A stretch of 64,000 nt of DNA, from NCBI GenBank assembly GCA_030867685.1, contig JAQOWU010000008.1, positions 4,154,001 to 4,218,000 of the forward strand, in the 5' to 3' direction. Below, in pieces: positions 53,209 to 64,000 of the stretch. The stretch is from Wickerhamiella versatilis (taxonomy: Eukaryota). Within the stretch, counting starts at the first letter, position 1; every line of letters starts with the position of its first letter. The translations under genes were made by a program, and so were the position numbers. The notes beneath the pieces are model-generated. The model made no database searches, was not told the origin of the DNA, and worked only from the letters and a program-made list of their open reading frames with translations.

Positions 53209-54489
53209 TTAGATATTTTTTCTTCCAATCGCAAGTGAATATGATTCAGAGGATTTTGGCCTTAGCCCTTGATGCTCAAGATATGCAAAGTGTTTGTAGG
53301 ATGGGCTCCAAAATCGTGTGGACCTATCATCAGCGATAGCAACAAGTTCCTGGCTATAAGGTTGCCATACTACACCTGTGATATCAGCTGGTGACGGCAA
53401 CAAGGTAGCTCTAGTGGCATCGTATCCCTTTAGGTGAGCCAATGGGCTTGGCCTGGAGATCATTGTGACACCCTGGATGCCACCGCATGCCAGAAAAGGC
53501 ACACTGAACGAATTTCCACGTTCAATTAATGCAAGGCGAGCGAAACTATTACGAATTTGCAAGGTGGATGCGGCAAGACACGTACCAGCTTCAGGAGAAA
53601 GTTTAGTACAACTGAAAACCGTTGAATCTCTTCCAAGGGCCCAGATGCAGTCCAATTCCTCATCATGAATAATATTGTTTATTCCAAAGTTTGAGCCTAC
53701 ACCTGTATTAGGCGGATTTGTTACTTGCACTTGCTTCCTTGACTTGCGCAGATCCCAAAACTTAATGCTCTGATTATCATCTGAGCCTGAGGCTAACATA
53801 GATTCTTCAACCCATGCGAGGGCCGTAGTTCTGGGATATCTGCGGTGAGCAACAGGACCCTTTCTGACAGCATGAGGCCACTGTATTTCGGCCACAGCAT
53901 AATCACCAGCTCGTTTGTCCAAGATACAAATGCTTCCACTGGAGAGCGCCACAGAAGCTATAGAATTGTGATATTTAGAGTGCTGGACACGTATAGGACT
54001 CCCCCGGTTTTCTGTAAACTTCGAAAAATGGTCAGTCGTTGAGCCGCGGGTGGCATCCCACAAATAGGCGCCACGGGAAGTGGCAGCCAAAATGCTACTA
54101 TCATCAGTGGCTACATTGATATCCAATATAGTATCTGGAAGATCATGTGTGTATTCTAATGCCCCTAGCTCTACTGCTGGGTACCGATATGATTTTTGAC
54201 TCAAGTCAGAGGTCCGAATCACCTCTGCAGTACCATCATGCAACCCAACGATAACGAATGGATGGGTGTGAAAAGAACTCAATGAATATGGAAGAGACTC
54301 GTCCACCATAGAAGGCGGAGATTTCATGGCTTTTGGCTCGTGTCCAAACCTATATTCTTCGGGCAGTGACTCTCGATGGAACTGACTTAAATTCCTGGTG
54401 TCAAACCGTGGAAGCGCTTTACGAAAGGTATCTGCGCCTCGGCATTGTCGCTTGGCCTGCCGCCGCCAATCCCATTCCGTGCATTCCAT
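53209..54489 (-). CDS. CDT2: WD40 CRL4 substrate receptor Cdt2/DCAF2-like
   Basis: WD repeats with GSICILDKR, ASGSDDNQSIKFWDLRK, FGINNI, ALGRDSTVF, FLACG, IADDRSTRFW; MCB element upstream. Confidence 0.75.
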   Translation of the reverse strand: MECTEWDWRRQAKRQCRGADTFRKALPRFDTRNLSQFHRESLPEEYRFGHEPKAMKSPPSMVDESLPYSLSSFHTHPFVIVGLHDGTAEVIRTSDLSQKSYRYPAVELGALEYTHDLPDTILDINVATDDSSILAATSRGAYLWDATRGSTTDHFSKFTENRGSPIRVQHSKYHNSIASVALSSGSICILDKRAGDYAVAEIQWPHAVRKGPVAHRRYPRTTALAWVEESMLASGSDDNQSIKFWDLRKSRKQVQVTNPPNTGVGSNFGINNIIHDEELDCIWALGRDSTVFSCTKLSPEAGTCLAASTLQIRNSFARLALIERGNSFSVPFLACGGIQGVTMISRPSPLAHLKGYDATRATLLPSPADITGVVWQPYSQELVAIADDRSTRFWSPSYKHFAYLEHQGLRPKSSESYSLAIGRKNI

Positions 54490-54531
54490 ATAGACACAAC
54501 GCGTTAAAGACCGCGATCCTTACGTAACATC

Positions 54532-55485
54532 TTAAAGTAGTCCATACTTAGCGCGTAAATTACGCACATTCGAAGTTGCTTCGAAATTTAGAGCCTCTAA
54601 GACAGCATCTGGTAAAGCATATTTTGCTATCGCATTTGAGGAGAAAACTTTGATCAGATGTGGTGGTTTACTTAAAGAAGCTCTTGCCGGTACTTCACTT
54701 TCCCAGTCACTATAGAATTTTGAAGAGGTCTGGAATGCCTCACCAATGTCCTGGAATGCATAGTCAATGAGGGGTTCCGGTGGCTTGATCATTCTTGCTG
54801 AAGGGAGATACCAAGTGGGTGCGATAATACGCTTCAAAATGAAGGCAGACGCAAAACCAATTATGGGATCTATCTTATCTTCGTCCACTTCGAAGCTCCA
54901 TAGACCACAATCGCTCATTGGATTCCGAAATAAGGGACAAGGCGAGATACGTGCCGCTGGTTGCATCGTTTTGTCTGCAAGCCTCTCTCGCCATAAGTAA
55001 TACTCATTTTGGCCGCTGTAACGCCATTCATACCGATAATCTTCACAGACAGCGAATTCCATATGACCATGTGACCAGGTGTCATTGAACAATGCAACAT
55101 GGTAAGCCTTAGGAGTTTCAATTGAACTACCACCCTGAAAACTCAAATCACGAATTACGGCGGAGTTTATGCTTTTTCCTGCTGTATCGCATACGACCAG
55201 CGGCCTAACTATGGGCCCGGTTATTGCGTCAGGAAGGAGTGACCATTGGTGACTGAACCAACCGTGTGAGACCATGGTGTATGATCGCTCGACTGTTGGC
55301 TCTCGCAGGAAAGGACGGCTTTTCACAACTTTGATTATCCCTGGTGTAATATTAAAGGGTATAAGGCGCATATCGGGGTAAAAATTAATTGCATCCATCT
55401 CCGTGTTCGCCAGTACACTCTCGCGTTTCTTCAAGGCTCGAAAAGCTATGGGGATTTCACCCTGAGGTGCAATAGGCGGCATCAT
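54532..55485 (-). CDS. Hypothetical protein, no family recognised
   Basis: 317-aa ATG ORF with globular, aromatic-rich composition. Confidence 0.7.
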   Translation of the reverse strand: MMPPIAPQGEIPIAFRALKKRESVLANTEMDAINFYPDMRLIPFNITPGIIKVVKSRPFLREPTVERSYTMVSHGWFSHQWSLLPDAITGPIVRPLVVCDTAGKSINSAVIRDLSFQGGSSIETPKAYHVALFNDTWSHGHMEFAVCEDYRYEWRYSGQNEYYLWRERLADKTMQPAARISPCPLFRNPMSDCGLWSFEVDEDKIDPIIGFASAFILKRIIAPTWYLPSARMIKPPEPLIDYAFQDIGEAFQTSSKFYSDWESEVPARASLSKPPHLIKVFSSNAIAKYALPDAVLEALNFEATSNVRNLRAKYGLL

Positions 55486-55748
55486 GTTTGCAAAAATGTA
55501 ATTTTTACCATATGTGAATACCTATTGACAGAACAACTTAATGAGGAAATTGTTGTACGTAATAGCAGTTACACATTTCGTAGGTCAAGGTCAAATTAAG
55601 GAGTTTCCCACTTCTCAAAACTACTTCACAATCTGTATAACGAACCAGATATCGGTTTGGGAGTTGCAAAGCCATATAACCAAAACTGTTTTCATCGCAG
55701 TCATATCTCCTATCCAAGACTTCTATGTACTTTATATTAAGAATGTAA

Positions 55749-57086
55749 TCACGATGTGCGGGCAAGAACCATACCTGTGAGAGAACGGAGGCCCTCAAGT
55801 GCAGGTGACTCAGGTAAATTCTCAATCTGTTTCAATGCTTCATTATGATAGTGTATGGCTAGCTTCCGAGTTTGAGCAACGCCATCTGCTTCAAGTACTA
55901 AGGCACGTGCACGCTCAACATCATTTTCCCCCTTGAATTGACGCTTTATCATTTGTCCTAGTTCTGGGTACTTTTGCCATGCATATAAAACGGGGGCTGT
56001 TGCCAGACCAAGTCTGAGGTCTGCCATAGAAGGTTTTCCCAGTGCTGCTTCTGCAACAGTGTAATCAAGCATATCATCAACGATTTGAAAACACAGTCCT
56101 AAATTCCGGCCAAAGAGGTAACTTCTTTCTACTACATCCTCGGGGCAACCCCCGAGGACTGCCGTGGCTCTGCAGCTTTTCGACATAAGAGAGGCGGTCT
56201 TTAGATACGTTTTGTGGATATAGTATTCAAAACTGGCGCGTGTAGCCTTTTCTGTATTGCTAACTGCTGTATTTTTCAACTGCATAAATTCACCCTCAAC
56301 CAAGTTAGCAATCGTGGTTGACAATAGCTCTATCACTTCGGCATTGCGTAGTCTTGCGATAGCAACAGATGCTCTGCCAAGGAGAAAATCACCGGCTAAA
56401 ATTGCCATTTTATTACTGAAAGCTACATTTCCAGACGGCATATTGCGCCTCGTGTCCGAATTGTCGATAACATCATCATGTAGCAAACTGGCAGTATGTA
56501 TCATTTCTACAATTTCTGCAAGACGTCTCTGCTTGGGTAAAATTCCATCCACTGCAGCAGGAAATGGGTCCTGCGGCCGCGATAGAGGGTTCAAAACAAG
56601 ATTTGGGTTGATACCATGTAAAATCGCTAAGGGACTCAGCGGGTCATCGATACCCTCACCTTCCATTGGCTTATGTGCTTTAACATCCTCACGATCAGCT
56701 TCCTTACTTCTCTGTTCATGGGGAATCTCGGACAATGCTTTGGAAAGCAGGAGTACTATCAACGGCCGAATATGTTTTCCTTGACTCTGAAAGTAGTAAA
56801 GAGCGACTTTATTCAATGTGGGGTGACCTGATCCAATGAGACTTGCAATATTTTTTGCCAGAGTTGACATTTCATTACTTACGAGACTGAATGGATCATT
56901 CACAGGTTTCTTTGGTTCCACTAGTTTGGCAACCTTGTTGATTTCTTCGTTAAAGCGGGGGTTATTTTTTGACTTCGGAACGCCAGCTGCTGTTGCAGCA
57001 AGACTAGAGACTGGATTTGGACCAAATATCCGTCGAACAGCCTCTCCAAGAAAAGAAAGACTTCTTTTTTGCATGATCATCACCAT
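55749..57086 (-). CDS. COQ1: Polyprenyl pyrophosphate synthase
   Basis: GKHIRP, EMIHTASLLHDDVID, EGEFMQL, KTYLKTASL, FQIVDDMLD. Confidence 0.97.
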   Translation of the reverse strand: MVMIMQKRSLSFLGEAVRRIFGPNPVSSLAATAAGVPKSKNNPRFNEEINKVAKLVEPKKPVNDPFSLVSNEMSTLAKNIASLIGSGHPTLNKVALYYFQSQGKHIRPLIVLLLSKALSEIPHEQRSKEADREDVKAHKPMEGEGIDDPLSPLAILHGINPNLVLNPLSRPQDPFPAAVDGILPKQRRLAEIVEMIHTASLLHDDVIDNSDTRRNMPSGNVAFSNKMAILAGDFLLGRASVAIARLRNAEVIELLSTTIANLVEGEFMQLKNTAVSNTEKATRASFEYYIHKTYLKTASLMSKSCRATAVLGGCPEDVVERSYLFGRNLGLCFQIVDDMLDYTVAEAALGKPSMADLRLGLATAPVLYAWQKYPELGQMIKRQFKGENDVERARALVLEADGVAQTRKLAIHYHNEALKQIENLPESPALEGLRSLTGMVLARTS

Positions 57087-57552
57087 GCAGATATTAGGTA
57101 AAGATCCCGGTCCATGGCGTATAAATTACGTTGTTGAGCGCCCTTTTGGACCTAAATCACGTCTAGATACTGAGCTGTGAAAAAGAAATTAAAGCATTTT
57201 GAAAGACCATCTATCAGTGTTAGCTAAAACTCGTTCATACATATTTGGGCCAATAACCCATAAATTTCTAAAGCTGCAGAGGATATGTTCAGTAGCTAAC
57301 TAGAATATTTAGGAAAAATAACCATTTTTGCTGGAAGAAGCCATGCGCCTATGCTACTTGAGGAAAAGTATTATTATCACAGCCAATTTGGAAGCTCTAG
57401 GTGGAGCAGCCTAGTGGAGATCTATTGACCAAATAGCAGGATATCTATCATATTCAGCTCATCATAAGCCGATATTCACGCTTTGCTCACAATACTTATC
57501 AATTTTTCGAAGTGCAAAGCGAGTAAGGACGTCGTCAGCTGACTATCTCATT

Positions 57553-58545
57553 ATGTCCCTGGTTGGTGCGCACGTTAGCGCATCTGGTGGTGTTTTTGAA
57601 GCGGTTACGCGATCTGCAGCCATAAAGGGTTCTGCATTTGCACTATTTCTTAAGAATGAAAAACGATGGACATCCAAACCTTATGATAAAGGTACTATAG
57701 ACAAGTTTCGCGAGAACTGCAAAGAGGAGGGATATGACGCGATGAAAGATATCTTGCCCCATGGTTCCTATCTAATAAATCTTGGAAATCATAGCCCAGA
57801 GGCTCGGGAAAAGTCTGAAACTGCTCTTCTCGACGATTTACAGAGATGCGAGCTTCTAGGCATTGGGAATTATAATCTCCATCCTGGTTCGAGTTTGGGA
57901 AAAGACAAGAAACTTTCAATTAAGTATATAGCTGAGGGAATCAACCGAATCCATGCTCAAACAAAATTTGTGAAGGTTGTCCTTGAAAACATGACCGGGA
58001 ATCCTGATCGTATAGTAGGCACGGCCCTACTTGACTTACATGAGATAATTGAGCAAGTTAATGACAAGAACCGAATTGGTGTTTGTATTGACACCTGCCA
58101 TTCCGTTGCGGCTGGTTATGACTTGCGGACTAGCAAAGCTTTCGATGCATTTTGGAAAGAATTTGATGAGATTGTTGGTATGAGATATCTTAGTGGTATT
58201 CATCTGAATGATTCAAAATATCCTTTTGATAGTCGACGTGATGTTCATCAACAAATTGGATTAGGCTTCATCGGGCTCGAGTGTTTTCGTTTAATCATGA
58301 ACAAGCCAGAATTAGACAAGATTCCGAAAGTTCTAGAGACGCCAGTAAATGACGACTCTCGAAAGCATGAAATTGAGTTATTAAGATGGCTCATTGGCCG
58401 TAAGGAAGATGATAAAGACGTTGTGGCTAAAAGTATTGAGTTGCATGAGGCTGGCGCATCGGAACGGACAGAATGTGCTAAGCAGGTTGCATCAAAGCAA
58501 GCAAAATTAGCCTTTCCGCCACTAAAGAAAGCAAAGAAAGAATAA
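57553..58545 (+). CDS. APN1: AP endonuclease (endonuclease IV family)
   Basis: GAHVSASGG, PHGSYLINL, NLHPGS, LENM, CIDTCH, HLNDSK, LETP. Confidence 0.97.
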   Translation: MSLVGAHVSASGGVFEAVTRSAAIKGSAFALFLKNEKRWTSKPYDKGTIDKFRENCKEEGYDAMKDILPHGSYLINLGNHSPEAREKSETALLDDLQRCELLGIGNYNLHPGSSLGKDKKLSIKYIAEGINRIHAQTKFVKVVLENMTGNPDRIVGTALLDLHEIIEQVNDKNRIGVCIDTCHSVAAGYDLRTSKAFDAFWKEFDEIVGMRYLSGIHLNDSKYPFDSRRDVHQQIGLGFIGLECFRLIMNKPELDKIPKVLETPVNDDSRKHEIELLRWLIGRKEDDKDVVAKSIELHEAGASERTECAKQVASKQAKLAFPPLKKAKKE

Positions 58546-58616
58546 TATGAACCCTAAGATATACAATTATATTTTCAAGTTATCCTTAAAGCTTACCTGA
58601 GCTAGCCTAAATAGAA

Positions 58617-59996
<1,380 letters not shown>

Positions 59997-60384
59997 TCAT
60001 TTAGGCGGAGGCGACTTATATGCTGAACTGAACCAAGCCTTGGTGTTGAGATGAGATACCAAGGAATGGAATGGATGAAATGGCAACAACATATATTGAT
60101 ATTTATATTGCTTTAGTTAAATGTCTGTTTCATTTTCTTATAGTTAGCTGATGATATGCTCGTAGCATACACTTTTAGATCTTTTTAATTCACAATTATA
60201 CAACGTTTATCCACTCGGGAAAGAAATAAAGGTAAGGAAAAATCATGAAATCTCATGTTTTAATCGAATGTGCTTGCCGTTGATTTCGAAGCTACTGAAC
60301 GGTAAATAAGAATATCATATATAGAGTCACGAAATCGATGTGACACTGTGTATTTACCATAATTAAAATAAGAAATACACTGTT

Positions 60385-61194
60385 TTACTCAAGATCTAGC
60401 TCAAGCTGATCATTTGGTTCTTTAGGCTCCTGATTTTCGTGCCATTGCGTTATGTCATCTATGTATGACAGGATTGTCTCCACTGAATCAGGATTTTTTG
60501 CGTGTAATGGCAAAAATTGAACCATGCTAAATTCTTCCGTAAGTCTTGCTATAGCTTTGCTCAATTCGTTATATCGCGGATTCACCTCAGTCATATCGTC
60601 TCCCATAAGCAGCGGATCTGGATTTAAGAAACGCTTCAGTTCCCTTCTTGGTGTGTCTTTTAGAAGATCAACTTTGCTTAGAATGTTTAGATGCGGAGTC
60701 TCAAGCATGATCATAGCACTCATGGCTGTGAGAACGCCACTAAAAAATTTCGCACGGTCAAGTATAAATGGTGCTTCAATTAAATAAGTGGCGCATAGAC
60801 TGAATCCAAGCTGAGTCTTCAGGTGATTTATCAGCCTCGGTACCGCAGGGAAATGTGAGTAAAGCTCAATTTGGCCGGGACAATCGAAGATCAGGTACTC
60901 TTCATCATAATCACCTAGCTCTTCATCAAACCAATCCAAGTTATTCAGAAGAAATTCAAAACAGTACATTAATGCTCCATTAGGGCCAAGATCAAGCTCC
61001 TCCATGACATCTTCGAGGCTTATAAGGTCTTTAATATCCACTGTGAACTCATAGTCCCGTGGTTGGGCTGCAGGATCCAAGTTGACAATATGAGCCCTAC
61101 GTCCAACTTTCTGAATATAGGATATAAGGCTCGAGCAGAATGTGGACTTTCCAACGCCAGCTGGACCAAGAACTAGCACGCCAACGCGAGACAT
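60385..61194 (-). CDS. GPN3: GPN-loop GTPase 3
   Basis: [44 protein letters not shown]. Confidence 0.95.
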   Translation of the reverse strand: MSRVGVLVLGPAGVGKSTFCSSLISYIQKVGRRAHIVNLDPAAQPRDYEFTVDIKDLISLEDVMEELDLGPNGALMYCFEFLLNNLDWFDEELGDYDEEYLIFDCPGQIELYSHFPAVPRLINHLKTQLGFSLCATYLIEAPFILDRAKFFSGVLTAMSAMIMLETPHLNILSKVDLLKDTPRRELKRFLNPDPLLMGDDMTEVNPRYNELSKAIARLTEEFSMVQFLPLHAKNPDSVETILSYIDDITQWHENQEPKEPNDQLELDLE

Positions 61195-61221
61195 AATATA
61201 TTTCACCGTTACTAATAGAGC

Positions 61222-63171
61222 CTAAGAAGACTGGCACCAGCAATTTGAGCCTTCTTCTTCTAATTGTATAACCGGTGAAAGTACCCCCCCTTTTTTCAAC
61301 ATCTCATGTACTTTCTTTAAGACCTCTTGACTGTCAGAGCCTCGTTTATACTGTATATGTATCATTCCTCGAACACCTTTGCCGTCATCCCAGAACTTTG
61401 GCACTGTATAAGAAACAACGCCTGACGTTGTGGATATATCATCCAAAACACGTCTTAACTCATATTCTTGGGTATCATTTAAACTCAATAAAAGTGTGTT
61501 AGCAGATCGTGAAACCAAAGGAATTGCTGACGCAAAAATAAGGAGAGCTATAAGAATAGAGGCTAGCGGGTCAAATCCATGCCAACCAAAGATCCACGTC
61601 AGAATAGTTGAAATAATCACACCTACTGAACCCAAAGTATCCGCCATAATATGTAGAAAAATTCCACGTAGATTGTCACTTTCGTGTGAATGAGAGCCCG
61701 ACTGCAACTGTGTATCTCCATCGTCATGATGATGATGATGATTATGACCATAAGAATGCCCATGGGACGAATCGTTTTCGTTATTGTCACCATGCGAGTG
61801 GCCATGGCTATGGGAATGATCATGACTGTGTGCATGACCGAATGCAAAAATACCTATCAAATTAACCAGCAAACCGAGTGTGCTAACGACAACAAGCTCT
61901 CCTATTTTTGTAATCTCAACGGGATGTGAGACACGCTCAATTGCTTCAACAAGGATCCCCAGCGATATAACAAGGAGAAGACAGCCATTCGCTAGGCCGC
62001 TGACAGTCTCTACTAAAGATAAGCCATATGGAAACCTCGAGGACGGTGGAAATTTTGATAGAATACTAGCAACAAGGCCAACAAGCAATGCAAGACAGTC
62101 AAAGAACATATGAATACTGTCACTGAGAAGACCCAGAGAATGTGATAATAGGGAGTATAATAATTGAACAAACATGAAGCTCAGATTAATTAGAAAAAAG
62201 AAAAAAATTCCTCTAGTATCTTCATGTACCAATATAGAGTCCAGAACGGACCAGGCTGTATGAGAGGACCCTAAGCCTACGTTAGCTTGTGACATATCCC
62301 AGGGTCCTAGCAAACTGGGGAGAACAGCTAGAAAACCGCCTATTTCAATTGGAGATGCTAAAAACATTTTCACAGTAATAGCAACAAGCGCTGAAGCAAT
62401 TGGATTAAACGCTCTGGGTACTATATCTCGACGAGACAACAAGTAAGCACCCAATGATCCACTACCAATGGCCGCAATCATAAAGGTTCTCGCTGAAGGA
62501 AGACCTCGAAGAAATGCTAGTATCAGACATAGGGTTCCTGTAGCAATAGCCATGAGTGGATCTACTCCTGTTGGGCTGTCAGCAGAAAGCCACCATACTG
62601 TACCAACCAGCGGAACTAAATCTAAAAGCCTCCAAAATGATTCGGACGCAAATAGTGCCGCAATCACCAGGAACCAAACGGCGTAGAATTTTAGCGGGAA
62701 CTTATGGCCAGCCAAGCTGATGCCTGTGGCACTAATCGCTAATGCGGTCAGGAGGCTAGTGGGAATAGATGTTGCAGCACTCCATGAAAGGCACAAAAGG
62801 CCACATGCCATTCTCAGTGTGCTCATCTTTTGAGGGCGTGAACGATTTAGATATGCAATAGGCCCAGATCCGACAAGCACCACGCCAGTCACGATCAATG
62901 ATGTCTCTAACGGTAGAACCGTAACATGCTTAATAGCACTAAGGCCTGTGGGTAAAGCAAGTATTGCAGGAATACCTTGTATCCATTTTTCGCTTCCATG
63001 CTGTACTGTGGGTGACTGAGGAGGATGGTGAGTGTGTGACGTATGGCGTTGAAAATCATTTAGCATCGAAGGTACACTGTGTAGCCCCCAATCATCGGGC
63101 GTTACAGTATTACGACGAATTGGTGCGATCCTAATCGTATCGCTTCGAGCCCTCCCGCCAGACTTCGACAT
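61222..63171 (-). CDS. MSC2: CDF-family ER zinc transporter
   Basis: SLGLLSDSIHMFFDC, His-rich loop, GIFLHIMADTLGSVGV; extra N-terminal transmembrane region. Confidence 0.9.
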   Translation of the reverse strand: MSKSGGRARSDTIRIAPIRRNTVTPDDWGLHSVPSMLNDFQRHTSHTHHPPQSPTVQHGSEKWIQGIPAILALPTGLSAIKHVTVLPLETSLIVTGVVLVGSGPIAYLNRSRPQKMSTLRMACGLLCLSWSAATSIPTSLLTALAISATGISLAGHKFPLKFYAVWFLVIAALFASESFWRLLDLVPLVGTVWWLSADSPTGVDPLMAIATGTLCLILAFLRGLPSARTFMIAAIGSGSLGAYLLSRRDIVPRAFNPIASALVAITVKMFLASPIEIGGFLAVLPSLLGPWDMSQANVGLGSSHTAWSVLDSILVHEDTRGIFFFFLINLSFMFVQLLYSLLSHSLGLLSDSIHMFFDCLALLVGLVASILSKFPPSSRFPYGLSLVETVSGLANGCLLLVISLGILVEAIERVSHPVEITKIGELVVVSTLGLLVNLIGIFAFGHAHSHDHSHSHGHSHGDNNENDSSHGHSYGHNHHHHHDDGDTQLQSGSHSHESDNLRGIFLHIMADTLGSVGVIISTILTWIFGWHGFDPLASILIALLIFASAIPLVSRSANTLLLSLNDTQEYELRRVLDDISTTSGVVSYTVPKFWDDGKGVRGMIHIQYKRGSDSQEVLKKVHEMLKKGGVLSPVIQLEEEGSNCWCQSS

Positions 63172-63378
63172 ACTCTCTCGATGGGTAACCTTGTCACGCT
63201 GACAGAGACAAAGAAGACTAGCTGCAAACGGAGTTATTCGTGTTCCTCTATTTCCTAGGTTAATGATCGCGAGCTATAAAAAATGAATAAATTCATAACC
63301 TCAGTAAAATTCTAATATTGACACTCTGTTTTTCACTTATATCTCTTAAGGCCGCTTTCGACACCAACGCTAGCTGAC

Positions 63379-64000
63379 ATGATGCACCCTGGTGATAACG
63401 ACAGTCAGGATGCGGAGCAGAGACAGATATTGCAAGCAGCTCCATGGAGACATGACCCATACTACTTTCAAACTGTAGAGATATCGTCCGTTGCACTAGC
63501 TCGAATGACAGACCATGCTCGTGAAGGAGGTTCGCACGAGGTTATGGGAATAATGACGGGATGCATAGGGCCCAATCATAATTTTATTGTGCTGGATAGC
63601 TATGCATTGCCAGTAGAAGCCACAGAAACCCGTGTTAATGCATTGGGCGATGCCTATGGCTACGTTGTCCAATATCTTGCAAGCCTGCGAAAAGTGGGGC
63701 GCAATGAGAACATTGTAGGCTGGTACCACTCACATCCAGGTTATGGTTGTTGGCTTTCGCGGATTGATATCGGTACACAAACACAAAACCAAGCGTTTCA
63801 AGATCCATTCCTCGCTGTGGTTATTGATCCTGTGGCAACCCGCACGTCACAGCACGTCGACATTGGAGCATTTCGTACTACAGAAAACGATTACTATCGG
63901 CTTCCAGTAACATACAGAAGCACTAACTATGATGCACCAGTGGTCTTGTCCCGAGATTGGCCCGAGGCTTTAGCGAAAGCTGAGGTTTCAAGACCGCAAC
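63379..64000 (+). CDS. RRI1: COP9 signalosome deneddylase Csn5 (3'-truncated by window edge; absent from the ORF track)
   Basis: My translation: [65 protein letters not shown] (JAMM motif); open to the window end. Confidence 0.95.
   Translation, partial: MMHPGDNDSQDAEQRQILQAAPWRHDPYYFQTVEISSVALARMTDHAREGGSHEVMGIMTGCIGPNHNFIVLDSYALPVEATETRVNALGDAYGYVVQYLASLRKVGRNENIVGWYHSHPGYGCWLSRIDIGTQTQNQAFQDPFLAVVIDPVATRTSQHVDIGAFRTTENDYYRLPVTYRSTNYDAPVVLSRDWPEALAKAEVSRPQ

Noticed and set aside
55538..55825. Short ORFs on both strands between the orphan gene and COQ1
   Set aside because: They overlap the COQ1 3' end, show no recognisable motifs and sit in AT-rich intergenic-like sequence.
13908..57086. 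COQ8, COQ7 and COQ1 in one window as a ubiquinone cluster
   Set aside because: They are 15-25 kb apart with many unrelated genes in between; consistent with chance.
57180..57550. Possible upstream exon or intron of APN1 (gctaac..ttag near 57295-57311)
   Set aside because: No matching 5' splice site that joins in frame; APN1 already starts at the conserved VGAHVS motif.
63293..63729. Minus-strand ORFs 63293..63496 and 63496..63729
   Set aside because: Antisense shadows of the plus-strand CSN5 CDS.

Overview
Gene-dense, apparently intron-free region of a budding-yeast (Saccharomycotina) chromosome. It uses the standard code: CTG encodes the conserved Leu of the zinc-finger motif GYLTRH. The compactness and the retention of CDT2, a PPIL3-type cyclophilin and a YwrD-type GGT suggest an early-branching lineage such as Wickerhamiella/Starmerella; this placement is inference only. 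About 43 protein genes, mostly housekeeping (MCM1, HYP2, PSY2, GCS1, RTT107/BRC1, GND1, PRP43, COQ8, RGD2, PCS60, FOX2, TAD2, ADE6, COQ7, SLY1, SKP1, CCT6, PSD1, OPT, CMD1, APC2, DIA2/POF3, CDT2, COQ1, APN1, RVB1, GPN3, MSC2, partial CSN5). Two ncRNAs are masked by spurious ORFs: RNase MRP RNA and, immediately downstream, box C/D snR66. No transposon, tRNA or CRISPR was recognised. The most interesting items are a Zn2Cys6 regulator split by a -1 frameshift at an A9 run, two orphan secreted proteins (one Cys/Gly/Asp/Tyr-rich with RGD motifs and a Kex2-type site, one with FPWD repeats), degenerate or streamlined conserved proteins, and intergenic gaps of 27-42 bp. I did not find a clearly new multi-gene system.
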